IMG/VR virus record: IMGVR_UViG_2740892424_000003
Source: an uncultured virus (IMG/VR IMGVR_UViG_2740892424_000003)
Lineage: Duplodnaviria > Heunggongvirae > Uroviricota > Caudoviricetes
Reading direction: 5' to 3' (one strand)
Length of the DNA: 64,000 bases
Below, piece after piece: positions 37,973-48,792 of this stretch. Positions within the stretch are counted from its first letter, which is position 1, and every line of letters starts with the position of its first letter. Both the position numbers and the translations under genes were made by a program. A model generated the notes under the pieces. That model made no database searches. It had not been told where the DNA came from and saw only the letters and a program-made list of their open reading frames with translations.

Positions 37973-38560
37973 ATGACCGAGAAATCAGACAAGAAGCCGC
38001 CAGCGAAGCGGCCGCCGCGTCGCACTGCTGGCACGGTGAATGACGCGCTCAACCCAGACCGCGACCATCGCAAGAAAACCCCAAAGCCTCGCACCAGCAA
38101 AGTGGCCCAGCCTGCCCAGCGGCACGGCGTGTACGCCAAGTTCTTTCCCGATGAGGTGATCGAGGATGCGGTGCGAGCCAACCTGTCCGACGAGCTGCTT
38201 GCTATGCGTTGCGGCTTCCGGAACGGCGTCATTACCCTGGGGCGCATCGCCAAGGATTTGGAGTTGCCGGAGGGTGAGCTGGACATAGAGCAGCGTATGG
38301 ACCTCTACAAGCTCTACACCAGAACGACGAGCGCCATGGACAGCGTGCTTGGCCGCATCATGCAGCTCGAGAAAACCATCGTAGAGATCCCCTATATCGT
38401 CGAGAGCACCAAGCACAAGACGGTGCTGATGGAGAAAGACCGGGCGCTCACTGACAAAGCCAGGGCCGAATACGAGATCCTGCGCAAGGGGCGCAACACC
38501 GGCGTGCAGGTGATGTGGAACCTGGACTTTATGAACCAAAGGGGGGGTGATGGAGGTTAG
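37973..38560 (+). CDS. Terminase small subunit (probable)
   Basis: Upstream of TerL; RHGVYAK motif. Confidence 0.7.
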   Translation: MTEKSDKKPPAKRPPRRTAGTVNDALNPDRDHRKKTPKPRTSKVAQPAQRHGVYAKFFPDEVIEDAVRANLSDELLAMRCGFRNGVITLGRIAKDLELPEGELDIEQRMDLYKLYTRTTSAMDSVLGRIMQLEKTIVEIPYIVESTKHKTVLMEKDRALTDKARAEYEILRKGRNTGVQVMWNLDFMNQRGGDGG

Positions 38561-40103
38561 AACTATCACCTATTCCCCGAGCCCGACATTCGAAGCAATT
38601 CACCGGGATCGGCCCATGATCGCTGCCGTGCGCGGGCCGGTTGGCTCAGGCAAGTCGGTTGGGTGCGTGATGTTCATGCTAGATGTGGCCATCGCCCAAG
38701 AGCCCAACGATGACGGCGTGAGGAAAACCCGCTGGGTCTGCATCCGAAACACCTACGGGGAACTCAAGGCCACGGTCATCAAGACCTTTCAGGACTGGAT
38801 CCCGGAGGAGGTTTGCCCCATTAAGTGGGATGCCCCGATCGTAGGTTTGATGCGGATCCCGCACCCGGATGGGCTGACCGTCATTGATGCGGAGTTCTTT
38901 TTCCTGTCGATGGACCGGCCCAAGGATATTCGCAAGATGCTGTCCCTTGAGATGACCGGCGTCTGGATAAACGAGGCTCAGTTCCTCGACCTGAACATCG
39001 TGAACGAGGCGGCATCCCGGGCGGTGCAGGCCCGTTACCCATCCGGCAAGGACGGCGGCCCAACGTGGTGCGGGCTCATCATGGATACCAACTCACCGGA
39101 TGAGGACCACTGGTGGCATGAGTTTGAGCATGGCCAGGACGATGACGGCAACCCGCTCAAGCCGGTCGGTTGGAGTTTCTACGAGCAGCCGGGGGCCCTG
39201 GTCGAAGTATCGCCCGGTGCGCCGATGTCGCCAGACCTGCAAGCACTCATTGATGCTGGCTACTTCCGCGACTATCTGGGGCGCCGGTTCGTTGCCAACC
39301 CCAAGGCTGAGAACGTGAAGAACAACAAGAAGGGTTTTGATGCTTGGTTCGATCAGCTCGGCGGCAAGACGCTCAACTGGGTTCGGTCGCGGATTTGCAA
39401 CCGATTTGCCACTGTGGCCACCGGCAAGCCGGTATTCATCGACCACTTCAACCGGGATCTGCATGTCGCTAAGGACAAGCTGGGTCCCATCAAGTCGCTG
39501 CCCATCATCATCGGGATGGACTTCGGCCTGACTCCAGCCGCCATCATCGGCCAGGTAACCGCCTTCGGGCAGTTGCGCATCCTGGATGAGGTTGTGGCCA
39601 CCGGCATGGGGATCGAACGCTTCATTGATGAGCAGCTGTCTCCGCTACTGACCAGCCGCTACGCCAACATGGAGTTCACTATCTGGGGGGACCCAGCAGG
39701 TGTGGGCCGCAGTCAGGCAGACGAAACCACCTGCTTCGAAGTGCTTGGCAACAAGGGGATGAATGCAGAGCCTGCGCACACCAACAACCTGATGGCTCGC
39801 CTTGAGGGGGTCAGGTGGTGGCTATCTCGCCTTGTCGGTAAGGGGCAGCCTGCGCTCATCATCAGCCCGCACTGCAGGGTCATCATCAAGGCCTTCGAGA
39901 CTGGCTACCAGTACAAGCAGCTCAACGTGTCGGGCGCCACCAAGTTCACCGACCAGCCAGACAAGAACCAGTATTCCCACCCAGCAGACGCCACACAGTA
40001 CCTGTGCCTTGGTGTCATGCCGGAACGTGACCGCAAAAAAACCATCGATAGCAATGCCACCAGGGCGGATCAGCGCGCCGCCGACTCTGTAACAGGATAC
40101 TGA
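38550..40103 (+). CDS. Terminase large subunit
   Basis: GPVGSGKS, Walker B VWINE, DTN, GMDFG, H.ADA.QY. Confidence 0.93.
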   Translation: MEVRTITYSPSPTFEAIHRDRPMIAAVRGPVGSGKSVGCVMFMLDVAIAQEPNDDGVRKTRWVCIRNTYGELKATVIKTFQDWIPEEVCPIKWDAPIVGLMRIPHPDGLTVIDAEFFFLSMDRPKDIRKMLSLEMTGVWINEAQFLDLNIVNEAASRAVQARYPSGKDGGPTWCGLIMDTNSPDEDHWWHEFEHGQDDDGNPLKPVGWSFYEQPGALVEVSPGAPMSPDLQALIDAGYFRDYLGRRFVANPKAENVKNNKKGFDAWFDQLGGKTLNWVRSRICNRFATVATGKPVFIDHFNRDLHVAKDKLGPIKSLPIIIGMDFGLTPAAIIGQVTAFGQLRILDEVVATGMGIERFIDEQLSPLLTSRYANMEFTIWGDPAGVGRSQADETTCFEVLGNKGMNAEPAHTNNLMARLEGVRWWLSRLVGKGQPALIISPHCRVIIKAFETGYQYKQLNVSGATKFTDQPDKNQYSHPADATQYLCLGVMPERDRKKTIDSNATRADQRAADSVTGY

Positions 40104-40107
40104 CACC

Positions 40108-42312
40108 ATGCAAAAACCGACTGAAATCACACTGTCCTCCGGGATGGTGGAACAGCTCTCGCCCCTTGATCTGTTTGGTGCCAGCCGCTTTCGCGATATC
40201 GAGCATCAGCTGCAGCAGCGCAGCCTTGTCGAACAGCGTTGGCTTGATGACCTGCGCCAGTATCGCGGGGAGTACGAGCCTGACTTTATCAAGGAGCTGG
40301 AGAAGGCCAAGAAGTCGCAGGCCTTCGTCAACATCACCCGCGAGAAGACCGACGCATGGGCTGCTCAGATGGGGGATATGCTGTTCCCTGTCGATGACAA
40401 GAACTACGGGATCGCGCCATCGCCGGATCCGAAGCTCTCCATGCTGGCCAAGGGGGTGCAGCAGGGTATGGATGGTCAGCAACAGCCAACGACCGAGGCT
40501 CAGCAGGCTGCTGAGATACTGGCCGCTGCCCAGGCCGCCGCGACAGCAATGGAAAAGACGATTGATGACCAGCTGATCGCTTGTGACTACAACGCCGAAT
40601 CGCGCCGGATGCTGCACTATGCCGCCAAGATAGGTACCGGGATCATCAAGGGTCCCATTGTAGAGAGTGCCATCAAGCAGGCGTGGCTGCCCGGCAAGGA
40701 TGGGTCATGGTCAGTTGAGATTGTGAAAGACCTCAAGCCGGGGGCTCGCTGTGTGCTGCCTTGGGACTTCGTGCCGGACATGGGGGCCACCCGTTGGGAC
40801 GATTGCGAGTTCGTCTACGAGCGGGAGTACATGACCAAGAAGGAGCTGCGCAGGCTGCTCAATCTGGAATCTATGGGCTTCATTTCGACACAGGTAGAAA
40901 AGCTGCTGACGCAAGACCCATCTTCGACCCGCACCCGCTACGCCGAGTTCGTTGACCAGATCCGTTACCTGTGTGGGCTCAACCCAACCAACCAAGACTC
41001 CCGATTTGAGGTCTGGACCTATCACGGCCCAATCCCCGTTGAGGTGCTAGAGGTTGCCGGGGTTGATATCACAGAGCTGAAGGGGCGCGAGTTTGATGGC
41101 GTTGCCATTTTCTCCGGTGACGTGATCCTGAAAGTGACCATCAACCCGATGGATACCATGGAGTGGCCTTACTCCGTCTATGTCTGCGAACCGGATGAGG
41201 GGAGCATCTTCGGCCTGTCCATGCCGTACCTGATGCGCCACCCGCAGCGGATCATCAACAGCGCCTGGCGCGCCATGCTGGACAACGCCGCCAAGACCGT
41301 CGGGCCGCAGGTTGTGGTGAACAAGCGCCTGATTTCCCCAGTGGATGGAAATTGGGAGGCTACGCCATTCAAAGTGTGGGAAATGGACTCCAACCAGCAG
41401 TATGCAGAGGTGCAAAAGGCGTTCGGGGTATTCCACTTTGATAGCCGTCAGAGTGACATGGCCAACATACTGCAGCTGGCGCTCTCGCTGCTCGACAGAG
41501 AGGCCGGGGTGCCGATGATAAGCCAGGGTGAGCAGGGGCAGGTGACGCCGACCTTGGGTGGCATGAGCATGCTGATGAACGCCGCCAACGCCGTGCGCCG
41601 CCAGCAGGTGAAGGAGTATGACGACAATATCACTAAGCCAATGATCCGGCGCTTCTACAACTGGAACATGCAGTTCGGCGAGGACGCAGCCATCAAGGGC
41701 GATTTCGAGGTGCAGGCCAGGGGTACCAGTGCGCTGCTGGTCAAGGAGATCCAGACCGCCCAACTGACCCAGATCCTGGACAAGTACACCCAGAACCCGA
41801 CCTTTGCGCCGATGTTCAAGCCGTATGAGGCGATGAAGACCCTGTTCCAGTCCATGCACATCGACAATGCCAAGGTATTGCGCAGCCAGGAAGAGTACGA
41901 CGCAGCCATCAAACAGCAGCAAGAGGCTGGGCAGCAGGATCCGCAACTGGTCAAGTTGCAGATGGAGCAGCAGCTGGCTCAGGTCAAGTTTGAGCATGAG
42001 ACCCAGCTTGCCCAGATGAAGAGTGCCGGCGCCCTGCAGATGGCGCAGATGCAGGCGTCACTCAAACAGATGGAGCTGGAGTTCTCCAGCCAATACAAGT
42101 TGGCCACTATGCAGTTGCAGCATGAAGACAGCCAGCGACGTGAGCGCATCGAGCTGATGAAGCTGGCCCAGAACAAGCAGATGAGCCAGGAGCGACTGAT
42201 GATCGAACTGGAGAAGCTGGATAAGGCGCAGGCTCACGACACCCAGAAGTTCATGGCCGAGGTCAAGATGAAGCAGATCCTGCCGCCGACCGGGAATTAC
42301 GGGTTAGATTAG
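40108..42312 (+). CDS. Portal protein with long C-terminal coiled coil
   Basis: After TerL; GTGIIKGP, KGDFEV.ARG, Q/M-rich tail. Confidence 0.88.
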   Translation: MQKPTEITLSSGMVEQLSPLDLFGASRFRDIEHQLQQRSLVEQRWLDDLRQYRGEYEPDFIKELEKAKKSQAFVNITREKTDAWAAQMGDMLFPVDDKNYGIAPSPDPKLSMLAKGVQQGMDGQQQPTTEAQQAAEILAAAQAAATAMEKTIDDQLIACDYNAESRRMLHYAAKIGTGIIKGPIVESAIKQAWLPGKDGSWSVEIVKDLKPGARCVLPWDFVPDMGATRWDDCEFVYEREYMTKKELRRLLNLESMGFISTQVEKLLTQDPSSTRTRYAEFVDQIRYLCGLNPTNQDSRFEVWTYHGPIPVEVLEVAGVDITELKGREFDGVAIFSGDVILKVTINPMDTMEWPYSVYVCEPDEGSIFGLSMPYLMRHPQRIINSAWRAMLDNAAKTVGPQVVVNKRLISPVDGNWEATPFKVWEMDSNQQYAEVQKAFGVFHFDSRQSDMANILQLALSLLDREAGVPMISQGEQGQVTPTLGGMSMLMNAANAVRRQQVKEYDDNITKPMIRRFYNWNMQFGEDAAIKGDFEVQARGTSALLVKEIQTAQLTQILDKYTQNPTFAPMFKPYEAMKTLFQSMHIDNAKVLRSQEEYDAAIKQQQEAGQQDPQLVKLQMEQQLAQVKFEHETQLAQMKSAGALQMAQMQASLKQMELEFSSQYKLATMQLQHEDSQRRERIELMKLAQNKQMSQERLMIELEKLDKAQAHDTQKFMAEVKMKQILPPTGNYGLD

Positions 42313-42318
42313 GAGTAG

Positions 42319-42445
42319 TTGACTTTTACAGCAGGTGGCACAAAATAGCTCTAAGACTGCCAGATTCTCATTTGCCCCGCCTTGTGCGGGGTTTTGTGTT
42401 TCTGGGGTGCGCATATTATGCCCGGCCATGTGCCGGGCTTTTTTA
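42319..42445 (+). promoter_or_regulatory. Late promoter-terminator unit 2
   Basis: TTGACT-N16-CAAAAT with GTGGCACAAAAT, then two hairpin-U tracts. Confidence 0.7.
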
Positions 42446-42606
42446 TTGGGGATGGGTATGAGTGAAGCCAAATACTACCCATTTTGTCAGCGCGATATTG
42501 AGCCAGAGCAGGAAGATGGCGTCGTCATTGGGCTGGCTTCCGGCAACAGGGTTTATGTCCACGACGATGTGAGGCATGACCCTGACTATCAATTTGGAGA
42601 GTTGCA

Positions 42607-43089
42607 ATGAGCGTTCAGCAAATCGAGCAAGAGATTCAAGCCAAGGGGCTGACTGCGCCGCGTGTCACTCCGCAGAGCATCGAAGAAGTGATCGCCAGTG
42701 AGTATTATTTCACCGCGGCAGATGGCGTTGCTGGCGCAGCAGCAGCTTGCACTCTGCATTGCCATCACGCGGACGTGGACACCATCAAGGAGCAGGCCCC
42801 GCTTCCTCCTTACCAATCGCATCGCCTGCTGACCTTCTGCGTCATCACGCTGAAGAACGGATTCACCGTCACCGGCGAAAGCGCCTGCGCCAGTCCGGAG
42901 AACTTCAGCGCCGAGCTGGGCCGCAAGATCGCCCGAGAGAACGCGATCAACAAGGTGTGGATGCTGGAATGCTACCTGCTGAAGCAGCAGCTGCACGACG
43001 CGAAGAATGCTGTAGTCCTGACCGATGCCGACGCACTGGCCGACCTGAACGGCACGCCTCGCCCTGATAACCCATCCGTGGCGAGCTGA
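42607..43089 (+). CDS. Gp49-like conserved phage protein
   Basis: TFCV..L.NGFTVTGESACASPENF.AE.G.KIA. Confidence 0.85.
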   Translation: MSVQQIEQEIQAKGLTAPRVTPQSIEEVIASEYYFTAADGVAGAAAACTLHCHHADVDTIKEQAPLPPYQSHRLLTFCVITLKNGFTVTGESACASPENFSAELGRKIARENAINKVWMLECYLLKQQLHDAKNAVVLTDADALADLNGTPRPDNPSVAS

Positions 43090-43096
43090 CACCAGC

Positions 43097-43267
43097 ATGC
43101 TCACCCGTAGCCAGGACACCAATACCGTCTTGCTCCACCTGCAGGACCAGCTCAAGCAGCTGCGCTCTGACCTGGAGCAGGACATGGAACACGAGCAGAC
43201 CCAGGCCACCCGAGCCCAGATCCGTTTGCTCGACAGCCTTATCAAAGATTTCACGCCAGCCGAGTAA
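43097..43267 (+). CDS. 56-aa helical protein
   Basis: Open frame MLTRSQDTNT..., followed by a terminator. Confidence 0.6.
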   Translation: MLTRSQDTNTVLLHLQDQLKQLRSDLEQDMEHEQTQATRAQIRLLDSLIKDFTPAE

Positions 43268-43322
43268 TTCCGGCAAGCCACTGTAGCCCGCCCTGTGCGG
43301 GCTTTTTTTTTGGAGATTTTAC

Positions 43323-44309
43323 ATGGATCACCTGAACGACCAAGCCGCAACAGAAGCCCACCAGGACGCCGCCGATGGCCGCGATCTGGACGTGTTCGCA
43401 CAGGCTGCTGGTGCCGCTGATGCGCGTTTGCGTGGTGAGCCCGCAACCAGCGAGCCGCAAAACGACGAGCAGCACGGAGAAGACCAGGCCGGCGCCACCA
43501 CTGGCGACGATGAACAGCATCAACAGGAGGCCGCCTCTGCTGCAGAGCAGCAAGCCGCATCCGAAGATGACCTGTTTGCTGATGCATCACCCGAGCAGCG
43601 CGCCTATCTGCAATCGCTGTTAGCTGACCGGGATCGGGAGGCTCAGGCCGCTCGCTCAGCCAACGGTCGCTATGCCGCTACAAAGCGGCAACTTGATGAG
43701 AAAGAGCGCCAGTTCAATGAGCAGATCAACAGCATCCAGCAGGCAGACAAGAGGGGGGATGGTAAGGACGCCACCCGCCAGCTCGACGCCCTGGAAAGCC
43801 GCATTGCAGCGATGCGCGAGGATTACCCCGACATTGCTGACCATATGCAAGGCGTTGCTGATGCCCTGCGCGATGGACTGCGCAGCGAAATCTCGCAAGT
43901 AAAGGAGCCGGTTGCCCAACTGCGTGAGCAGGCACGGGCACGCCGGCACGAAGAGCTGATCACCATCGAGACTGACGAGTTGATGCGTCGGCACCCCGAT
44001 GCTGAAAAGGTTGTTGTGAGCCAGGAGTTTCAAACCTGGATCGCCCAGCAGCCAGCCTCCGTGCAGAACATCGCCAACTCTGACAGCGCAGCAGACGCCG
44101 ATGTGGTGCTGACCCTCTACAAGTCCACCCAGCTCCAAGCTCAAGCAGCTCAAGCCCAACGCAACGCGCAGCGCCAGCGCAAATTGGCAGATATGGCTCC
44201 GCTCGGCGGCAGCCAGGGCCGCGCCACGGTTGATACAGCGGATGAGTCCTCTGTTTTTGCCCGTGCCGCAGCCGACTCTGATAAGCGGCTGGCGCAGCGC
44301 AAATACTGA
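43323..44309 (+). CDS. Scaffolding protein (probable)
   Basis: Acidic N-terminus, coiled coil, precedes the capsid gene. Confidence 0.75.
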   Translation: MDHLNDQAATEAHQDAADGRDLDVFAQAAGAADARLRGEPATSEPQNDEQHGEDQAGATTGDDEQHQQEAASAAEQQAASEDDLFADASPEQRAYLQSLLADRDREAQAARSANGRYAATKRQLDEKERQFNEQINSIQQADKRGDGKDATRQLDALESRIAAMREDYPDIADHMQGVADALRDGLRSEISQVKEPVAQLREQARARRHEELITIETDELMRRHPDAEKVVVSQEFQTWIAQQPASVQNIANSDSAADADVVLTLYKSTQLQAQAAQAQRNAQRQRKLADMAPLGGSQGRATVDTADESSVFARAAADSDKRLAQRKY

Positions 44310-44326
44310 TTCAGGAGAGATAAGTC

Positions 44327-45328
44327 ATGGCTACTACTACCTACGGGGATATCTCCCCGCGTGTCGGCATCATCGCCGAAGTGAAGATGCTCGAGCACGC
44401 CGAGCCGATCCTGGTGCTGCAAAAGTTTGGTGACCCCAAGCCGCAGCCCAAGAACAAGGGTCAGACCGTCAAGTTCCGCCGCCCTGTGCCGTTCGCACCG
44501 GCCACCACGCCGCTTACCGAAGGCGTCACTCCTGCCAGCAAAAAGATGGCCTATCAGGATGTGACCGTCGGCATGTCTCAGTACGGTGACTGGTGCGAAA
44601 TCACCGATGTGATCGCCGACACCCACGAAGACCCAGTGCTGCAGGATGTGCAGATGCTGCTGGGCGAGCAGGCTGGCGAAACCTTTGAGTTGCTGACATG
44701 GGGGGTTATCTCCGGTGGCACCAACGTTATTTATGCGAATGGTTCTGCTCGTAACGGCGTGAACACTGCGATCAGCCTCAACAAACTGCGTCTGGCTGCT
44801 CGTTCGCTCAAGAAGCAACGCGCCAAGAAGATCACCAAGATCTTGGCGCCGTCCGTCAACGTGGCAACCAAGCCGGTGGAAGCAGCCTTCGTAGTGGTCG
44901 CACACACCGACTGCGATTCCGACATTCGTGGTCTGGCTGGCTTCAAGTCGGTTGCAGAGTACGGTACCCGTCAGCCACTGTGCCCGGAAGAAATCGGCTC
45001 TGTGGAAGAGTTCCGCTTTGTGCTGTCCCCGGTGTTGGCCTCCCTGCCGGATGCCGGTGGCGCCAAGGGCACTATGGTATCCACTGGCGGCACCAGCGCT
45101 GATGTGTACCCCATGGTGGTCCTGGCGCAGAACTCTTTCGGTATCGTCCCGCTCAAGGGTAACGGCGGCCCTGGTTCCATTGTTCCAATGATCCTGAACC
45201 CCAACACCCCGCGCGGTGGTGACCCGCTTGGCCAACGTGGCTCCGCCTCCTGGAAGAGCTGGTTCACTGCAGTTCGCCTCAATGAGCTGTGGATGACCCG
45301 TATTGAGGTAGCGGTTACCGCCCTCTAA
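44327..45328 (+). CDS. Major capsid protein, N4-gp56 type
   Basis: PLTEGVTP, QYG, EIG..E..RF, DPLGQRG...WK. Confidence 0.9.
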   Translation: MATTTYGDISPRVGIIAEVKMLEHAEPILVLQKFGDPKPQPKNKGQTVKFRRPVPFAPATTPLTEGVTPASKKMAYQDVTVGMSQYGDWCEITDVIADTHEDPVLQDVQMLLGEQAGETFELLTWGVISGGTNVIYANGSARNGVNTAISLNKLRLAARSLKKQRAKKITKILAPSVNVATKPVEAAFVVVAHTDCDSDIRGLAGFKSVAEYGTRQPLCPEEIGSVEEFRFVLSPVLASLPDAGGAKGTMVSTGGTSADVYPMVVLAQNSFGIVPLKGNGGPGSIVPMILNPNTPRGGDPLGQRGSASWKSWFTAVRLNELWMTRIEVAVTAL

Positions 45329-45388
45329 TCCGCAACCAACCATAGGCCCGCCAAGTGCGGGCCTTTTCTTTTTCTGGAGACAAGCACC

Positions 45389-45844
45389 ATGGAACTGATC
45401 GACCTCAATAACGCATCGCCTGCCGATTTGCGCAAATACCTGTCCGATAACTTCGGCATCGACAAAGCGGCCAATACCAGCCGCGACAAGTTGGTCGCCG
45501 AGATCATCGAGCAGGAGCAGGCGAACGGCGTAACCCGCGACGCAAACACTGCGCCGAGTGCCGAAGCAATTACCGGTGTGCCTAGTGCCGAGCAGCGCGA
45601 GCTGAACAAAGCCAAGCGGGTAAAAATCCGCATCTCGCGCGATCCCCACAGTCGCGGTAACGATGATGTCTACGCCGGAGTAAACGGCGTCGCCTACATC
45701 ATCCAGCGCGAGAAGACAGTGGAAGTACCTGAACCGGTGTATCAGGTGTTACTGCAGGCCACAGAAACCCGTTACGAGCAGAACGATGATGGTTCCCTCA
45801 TTCCTCGCACTGTGCAGTCCTACCCGGTCAGCCTGGTCGGCTAA
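45389..45844 (+). CDS. Virion-associated hypothetical protein
   Basis: V..GVNG..Y.I.R...VEVP motif. Confidence 0.75.
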   Translation: MELIDLNNASPADLRKYLSDNFGIDKAANTSRDKLVAEIIEQEQANGVTRDANTAPSAEAITGVPSAEQRELNKAKRVKIRISRDPHSRGNDDVYAGVNGVAYIIQREKTVEVPEPVYQVLLQATETRYEQNDDGSLIPRTVQSYPVSLVG

Positions 45845-45846
45845 TC

Positions 45847-46242
45847 ATGACCTTCCTCGAGCTATGCAGGCGGTATGCCGCAGAGGTGCACGACCTCGGT
45901 GGCCCACCGAAAAACCTGGCTGATGGCAACCCCCGCACCCTGGCCGCAGCAGACGCGATCCGTGAAAGCTGGGAGAAGATCCAGCTGCTGCGTAATGACT
46001 GGGAGTGGTTGCGTGGTGAAACACCAATGCCGACCCAAACGATGACGGTAGAGTCGGACGTGCCGCACATTGAGCCGCCCTATCATATGGCTATCGTCTG
46101 GTATGCAGTCGCTCAGAGTGGGTATCGACAGGCCGCCACTGAGCTGATCGCCATCGGTGAGCGCGAGTGGAATGTCTATTACGGGTTACTGGTGAAGCGG
46201 TACGTGCCACCACTGTCGCTGGTTAGCGGGGCCTCATGGTGA
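45847..46242 (+). CDS. Head-tail adaptor (probable)
   Basis: MTFLEL, W.W, YHMAIVW.A. Confidence 0.7.
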   Translation: MTFLELCRRYAAEVHDLGGPPKNLADGNPRTLAAADAIRESWEKIQLLRNDWEWLRGETPMPTQTMTVESDVPHIEPPYHMAIVWYAVAQSGYRQAATELIAIGEREWNVYYGLLVKRYVPPLSLVSGASW

Positions 46243-48287
46243 AAATGCCAACTCGAAATAGCACATTCATTCCGCTGAAAGGGGGCATTGATCTATCAAC
46301 CACGCCGCTGGCGAAGGCTCCCGGGTTTGCGCTGGCAGCGGTGAACGTCGATGCATTGGCAAGTGGCGGTTACGCCAGAACGCTTGGCTATGACCGCTTT
46401 GATGGTCACCCATCACCCAGCAGAAACCGAAAGTTCACCTCAATTGATGTGGGTGATGCCCCTGACGCTGCTCATCCAGTATTCACCGCCATCACTTGGG
46501 CGGGAGGTAGTGGGGCGTACTTGTCCCGATCGGGTCATTTCATTAACGCCGTCATTATTGAAGGCAGCATTACCGCGGGAACGATTTTGGATATAGCCGG
46601 TGTCGGCTATGTCGCGCAGCAGGATGGCCGCGAATACAGCAAAACCAAGGCCGAGAACATTGCAAACCAAGCCATTGCCGCAGATTGGCGCCGTTCGCAA
46701 ATAGGCCCGGTGCCGGGAGTGGGGCCTGTGCGCGGGGTTATCGCTGTGCGCGGTGCTGTGTTTGCCGTTCGGGACATTGACGTTAACACTGGCGGCTTGT
46801 TCATGGCTTCCGAAGCGGGTTGGCAGCAGATAACCTCATTTGGTTGGGTGCTGACGGTCACCAATGTGGCCAACATCTCGAACGGGGATGTCACCCTCAC
46901 TCGAACCGGTGACAACAAAGTTTTCAGGTGTGTTGCCCAGTTGGCGGCTGATGGCAAGAGCGGGGTCGTCGTCGTAGCCCCAGGTGACGCGCCGGCTGTT
47001 GGCAATGTGCTTACTGGGCTTGGTGATGCCACGTGCACGGTTGCCAGCGTTGATGCGATAACCATTAAGGCGGGCGGGAGCTATCAGGCCGCCGTACACA
47101 ACTTCTTTGGTGGTACTGGGCAGCGGGCCGCCTATGTGGCATCAGGTGTGCAGAGGGCCTTTGAGTTGAGGGAGGACGGGTGGCTTGTCCCGCTCCACGC
47201 CCAGCCTGATGCAACAAAAGACAAGCCACTGGCGATCGCCATCCACTCAGGTCATCTGTTCCTCGGGTACGAAGGGGGGCAGTACCAGCATAGCGCGCCT
47301 GGCAACCCACACACCTGGAGCGCCCTGCTGGGGGCGGAGTCATTCTCTATTGGTGATGAGATCACAGCGATGCTGCCGACGACTGGTGGCGTGCTGGTGA
47401 TTGCATCAGCTCGACGGGTCTTTGGCCTCTATGGGTCTAGTTCGAAGGACTGGGAGCAGAGAGCCCTTTCTGAGTCGGTGGGTATTGCTGCTGGGACTGG
47501 GCAATCCCTGTTTCTCCCGGTGGGTCTGTCAGACCGAGGATTGGTCAGACTGGACCGGGTTCAGGAGTTTGGCGATTTCGCACTTAATCAGCTCGATCCG
47601 GATCACCACTTCAAGGCGATGATTGACGGGATGGATTGGGCTTTTTCCACGCAGATCGCAGAGCTAAACCAATACCGACTATTCAGCCGAGGGCTGACGC
47701 ATCTTGCTGTCACCATTTTGGCTGATGGGTCACCGATGGCCACCACGTTTCAATATCCATCTGCGGTGGCAGGGGTCTGGCGTTACACGGAGCAGGGGGA
47801 GCAACTATTTTTCTGTTTAAGTGGTAGTGAGGGGATGGTGTTCACTATCGATAAGGAATCTCGGTCTTTTGATGGTGCCGCGATTTCATGGCGGATCCGT
47901 TTGCCATTCGCTCACTCAGGTTCGCCGGGGGTGAAAAAAACCTGGCTTACCGCGCTTGTGGAGCAAACATCCCCTAATCAGGCGCCAATCCAGGTTAAGT
48001 GGTCTATTGACCACATGATTGACGCTCACTTTACAAGCCAGAAGGTTCACTCGATTGTGTCAGAGGACCCTTCTGCAGCGTGGGATCAGGTTGCCATCTG
48101 GAATCAAACTCAGTGGAACCAGTTTTACTGGAGCGGTAGTTACGGGTACACCAATGCACCGATAGACCTCTCTGGCACCTCGGCGTCTATCTCGATATTG
48201 ATGGGGGGCGCAAGTTCATCAGATCCAAATTTCACCATTACTGGCGTAACTCTGGATTATTTCGCTAGGAGGGCAAGGCGTGGCTAA
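46236..48287 (+). CDS. Podovirus tail nozzle/tubular protein (probable)
   Basis: Beta-rich 683 aa after the adaptor; G..RFDG. Confidence 0.7.
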   Translation: MVKMPTRNSTFIPLKGGIDLSTTPLAKAPGFALAAVNVDALASGGYARTLGYDRFDGHPSPSRNRKFTSIDVGDAPDAAHPVFTAITWAGGSGAYLSRSGHFINAVIIEGSITAGTILDIAGVGYVAQQDGREYSKTKAENIANQAIAADWRRSQIGPVPGVGPVRGVIAVRGAVFAVRDIDVNTGGLFMASEAGWQQITSFGWVLTVTNVANISNGDVTLTRTGDNKVFRCVAQLAADGKSGVVVVAPGDAPAVGNVLTGLGDATCTVASVDAITIKAGGSYQAAVHNFFGGTGQRAAYVASGVQRAFELREDGWLVPLHAQPDATKDKPLAIAIHSGHLFLGYEGGQYQHSAPGNPHTWSALLGAESFSIGDEITAMLPTTGGVLVIASARRVFGLYGSSSKDWEQRALSESVGIAAGTGQSLFLPVGLSDRGLVRLDRVQEFGDFALNQLDPDHHFKAMIDGMDWAFSTQIAELNQYRLFSRGLTHLAVTILADGSPMATTFQYPSAVAGVWRYTEQGEQLFFCLSGSEGMVFTIDKESRSFDGAAISWRIRLPFAHSGSPGVKKTWLTALVEQTSPNQAPIQVKWSIDHMIDAHFTSQKVHSIVSEDPSAAWDQVAIWNQTQWNQFYWSGSYGYTNAPIDLSGTSASISILMGGASSSDPNFTITGVTLDYFARRARRG

Positions 48288-48792
48288 TCCCTATTACGAT
48301 CGGTTAAATGAATATGTGCCAGGAGAGCTGGCAGACGGCCAGGCTGTAGAGGCTGACTTTGGCGCAGTTCAGACGGGGTTTGAGCGTGTCAACACAGACA
48401 TGCAGGCGCGAGTGACGAAGGCTACAAGGGTAAATGGCAAGCCTTTATCGGGCGACGTTGATCTGACCCCTGGTGATGTGGGGGCGATGAGATCGCTGAA
48501 CGGGCAAAAGCCAAATGCCGACGGCGACTTGGTGCTTAATCTCTTGCATGGGTCAGACACCGCTGATCAGTATGTCAGCTCATCGTTTACCTACGATGTG
48601 GACGGCAGGCTGACGAGCATGATAACGCTATATCCAGCGGGGCCAAAGTCATCCTCATTCACATATGACCCCTCTGGGAGATTGCTATCATCGGTGTCGA
48701 TTTATCTAGGCAGAAAAACCACGACCACCTATCTGTATAACAATAACGGACAACTCGAAAGCGCGGAATCAGTGGAGACTGAACATGAGTGA
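48280..48792 (+). CDS. Tail protein with YD-like repeats
   Basis: VNGK.LSGDV.L; TYD..GRL repeats. Confidence 0.65.
   Translation: MANPYYDRLNEYVPGELADGQAVEADFGAVQTGFERVNTDMQARVTKATRVNGKPLSGDVDLTPGDVGAMRSLNGQKPNADGDLVLNLLHGSDTADQYVSSSFTYDVDGRLTSMITLYPAGPKSSSFTYDPSGRLLSSVSIYLGRKTTTTYLYNNNGQLESAESVETEHE

Noticed and set aside
38541..38547. G7 run at the terS/terL junction as a frameshift
   Set aside because: Both frames are intact and the run can serve as the terL RBS.
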